Below, one piece after another: positions 62,695 through 64,000 of a stretch of 64,000 nucleotides of DNA. Source of the DNA: Marsupella aquatica (lineage: Eukaryota; Plantae; Marchantiophyta); the NCBI GenBank assembly GCA_973895155.1, contig OZ316897.1, positions 3,504,211 through 3,568,210 on the forward strand, in the 5' to 3' direction. Made by a program: the position numbers and the translations under genes. Each line of letters begins with the position of its first letter. Within the stretch, counting starts at the first letter, position 1. A model generated the notes under the pieces. It was not told the DNA's origin, did no database searches, and was given only the letters and a program-made list of their open reading frames with translations.

Positions 62695-64000
62695 ATGCAA
62701 TCTGAGGAGTGGGAAGAATTTGCGATCTTCCTGCAATTGGAGGAGTGGAATAATGCTACGGACCGCAATACCAATTCTCCCGACACGCCAGTCCTTCAAG
62801 CGGTACCTGCTGATCTGGGGGCCCTTCGACTACTCGGCCAACACTCGTCAGAAGTGCGGAAGCAGCACTCGGGGAAGCTACTGACAGAGCAGCAATTGCG
62901 GCAAGATGAAGAACTCGCGAGGCAGGTCGAGCAAAGTCTGCAAATAGTGGAATGGAGTGAAGTGAAAGTCCCCAATACCATATCTCACTTTACGCAAGAC
63001 TTTCCAGCGACGGCCGCTGATCGGAAGGGCAAACCGGAGCTTCAGCCTTATGGGGGCTTGTCTCAAGAGCAGAAGCAGCACTCGGAGAAGCTTGTGGCAG
63101 AGCAGCAACTGTGGCATGACGAAGAACTCGCGTGGCGAATGGAGCATGGTTCCTTTGACGAGAATCAGTTGTATGATCTCTTTTTTGCCGAGTGGACGGA
63201 CGATCGAGGATACGTTGGAGTCGGGTCCGTGATAAAAGACTCTGAAGGCCAAGTCGTCTTCGAACATAGAGAATGCATAGGGCTCGACATCAGTCACTAT
63301 TTTGCAGAGTACCTCGCCTTGATTAATGGCCTCGACGTTGCCCGATCGATTGGTCTGAGGCATATAAATGCATATGGGATTCGGGCGTTCATTTATTGGG
63401 AGGTAAAAAACATTGTCCCTCATATCTGGTTATTTCAGAGCTTCAGGCACTTCAATTTTAATATTGTGCATGTTCAATATAGGATGCTGAAATGCCTAGT
63501 CTGCATCAAGCTAGATCGTCCTTGAACCTTTGCCTAGTGTCTCCTCGAGATTCTGAGCCTTCGTTATACCTTCTCCAAATCCAAACCTCGACCATCAAGG
63601 AACCGTCCCCTCCAGACTTACACAATCCTGAATTCCGAGTTTCCAGCTGACAACCCACCCGAGTTGTGACTTTGAATACTGACCAGTCGGACATGTTTCC
63701 CTTCGATGTGACGATGGGGAATGATTTGTCAATATTGACTAGGTTCAACGACAGGTTGAGGCTGCCGGGATAGTAGAACAGTTTGACAAATTACAAGAGC
63801 AAATCAAGAAGCTCGACAGCTTTAGTGTGAATTGTCTCTCACGGACAGAGAATCAGGACGCTATCAAACTGGCCATTCATGCTGCAAACAATGCGCAAAG
63901 AATCAAGCGGAAGTCTGGTTTGGAGGAAGATACTCGCCAGCAGTGTCTCATTTGCTTGGAGAACATTTTTCCATCCGACTTGGTCTGCCAAAAGGTGTGT
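62695..64000 (+). CDS. Second RNase-H-like + RBR E3 ligase paralog, 3'-partial; exons 62695-63402 and 63743->64000
   Basis: QLYDLFFAE..DDRG.VGVG.V.KD..GQVVFE.REC.G..ISH.FAEY.ALI.GL is near-identical to the first paralog; same intron position (YWE|); exon 2 reads ...SRTENQDAIKLA...EEDTRQQCLICLENIF. Confidence 0.88.

Overview
Eukaryotic, transposon-rich land-plant DNA. A non-seed plant such as a bryophyte is plausible from gene style and element families, but this is inference only. Host genes are an intronless GT37 (xyloglucan/AGP-type) fucosyltransferase (34792-36546) and two divergently oriented paralogous RBR E3 ubiquitin ligases with an inactive RNase-H-like domain (RSL1/RFA-like; 43032-45558 minus, complete; 62695->64000 plus, partial). 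Mobile DNA includes: the 3' end of a Ty1/copia element nested in a decayed L1-type LINE (1-4964); a 1.8-kb long-TIR non-autonomous element; a 4-kb non-autonomous LTR element with 142-bp LTRs and a half-tRNA-Ile primer site (11456-15426); a two-gene PIF/Harbinger element (~56.0-60.2 kb); a LINE 3' fragment; SINE-like heads; and many tandem and inverted repeats. The most unusual structure is a tandem array of a tiny LTR element (TRIM) at 38295-38970. Its LTR contains a tRNA-like cloverleaf with Pol III A/B boxes, making it a tRNA analogue of the 5S-bearing Cassandra TRIMs. A weaker candidate is a degenerate, possibly viral (nucleocapsid-like) fossil at ~23.0-25.4 kb.
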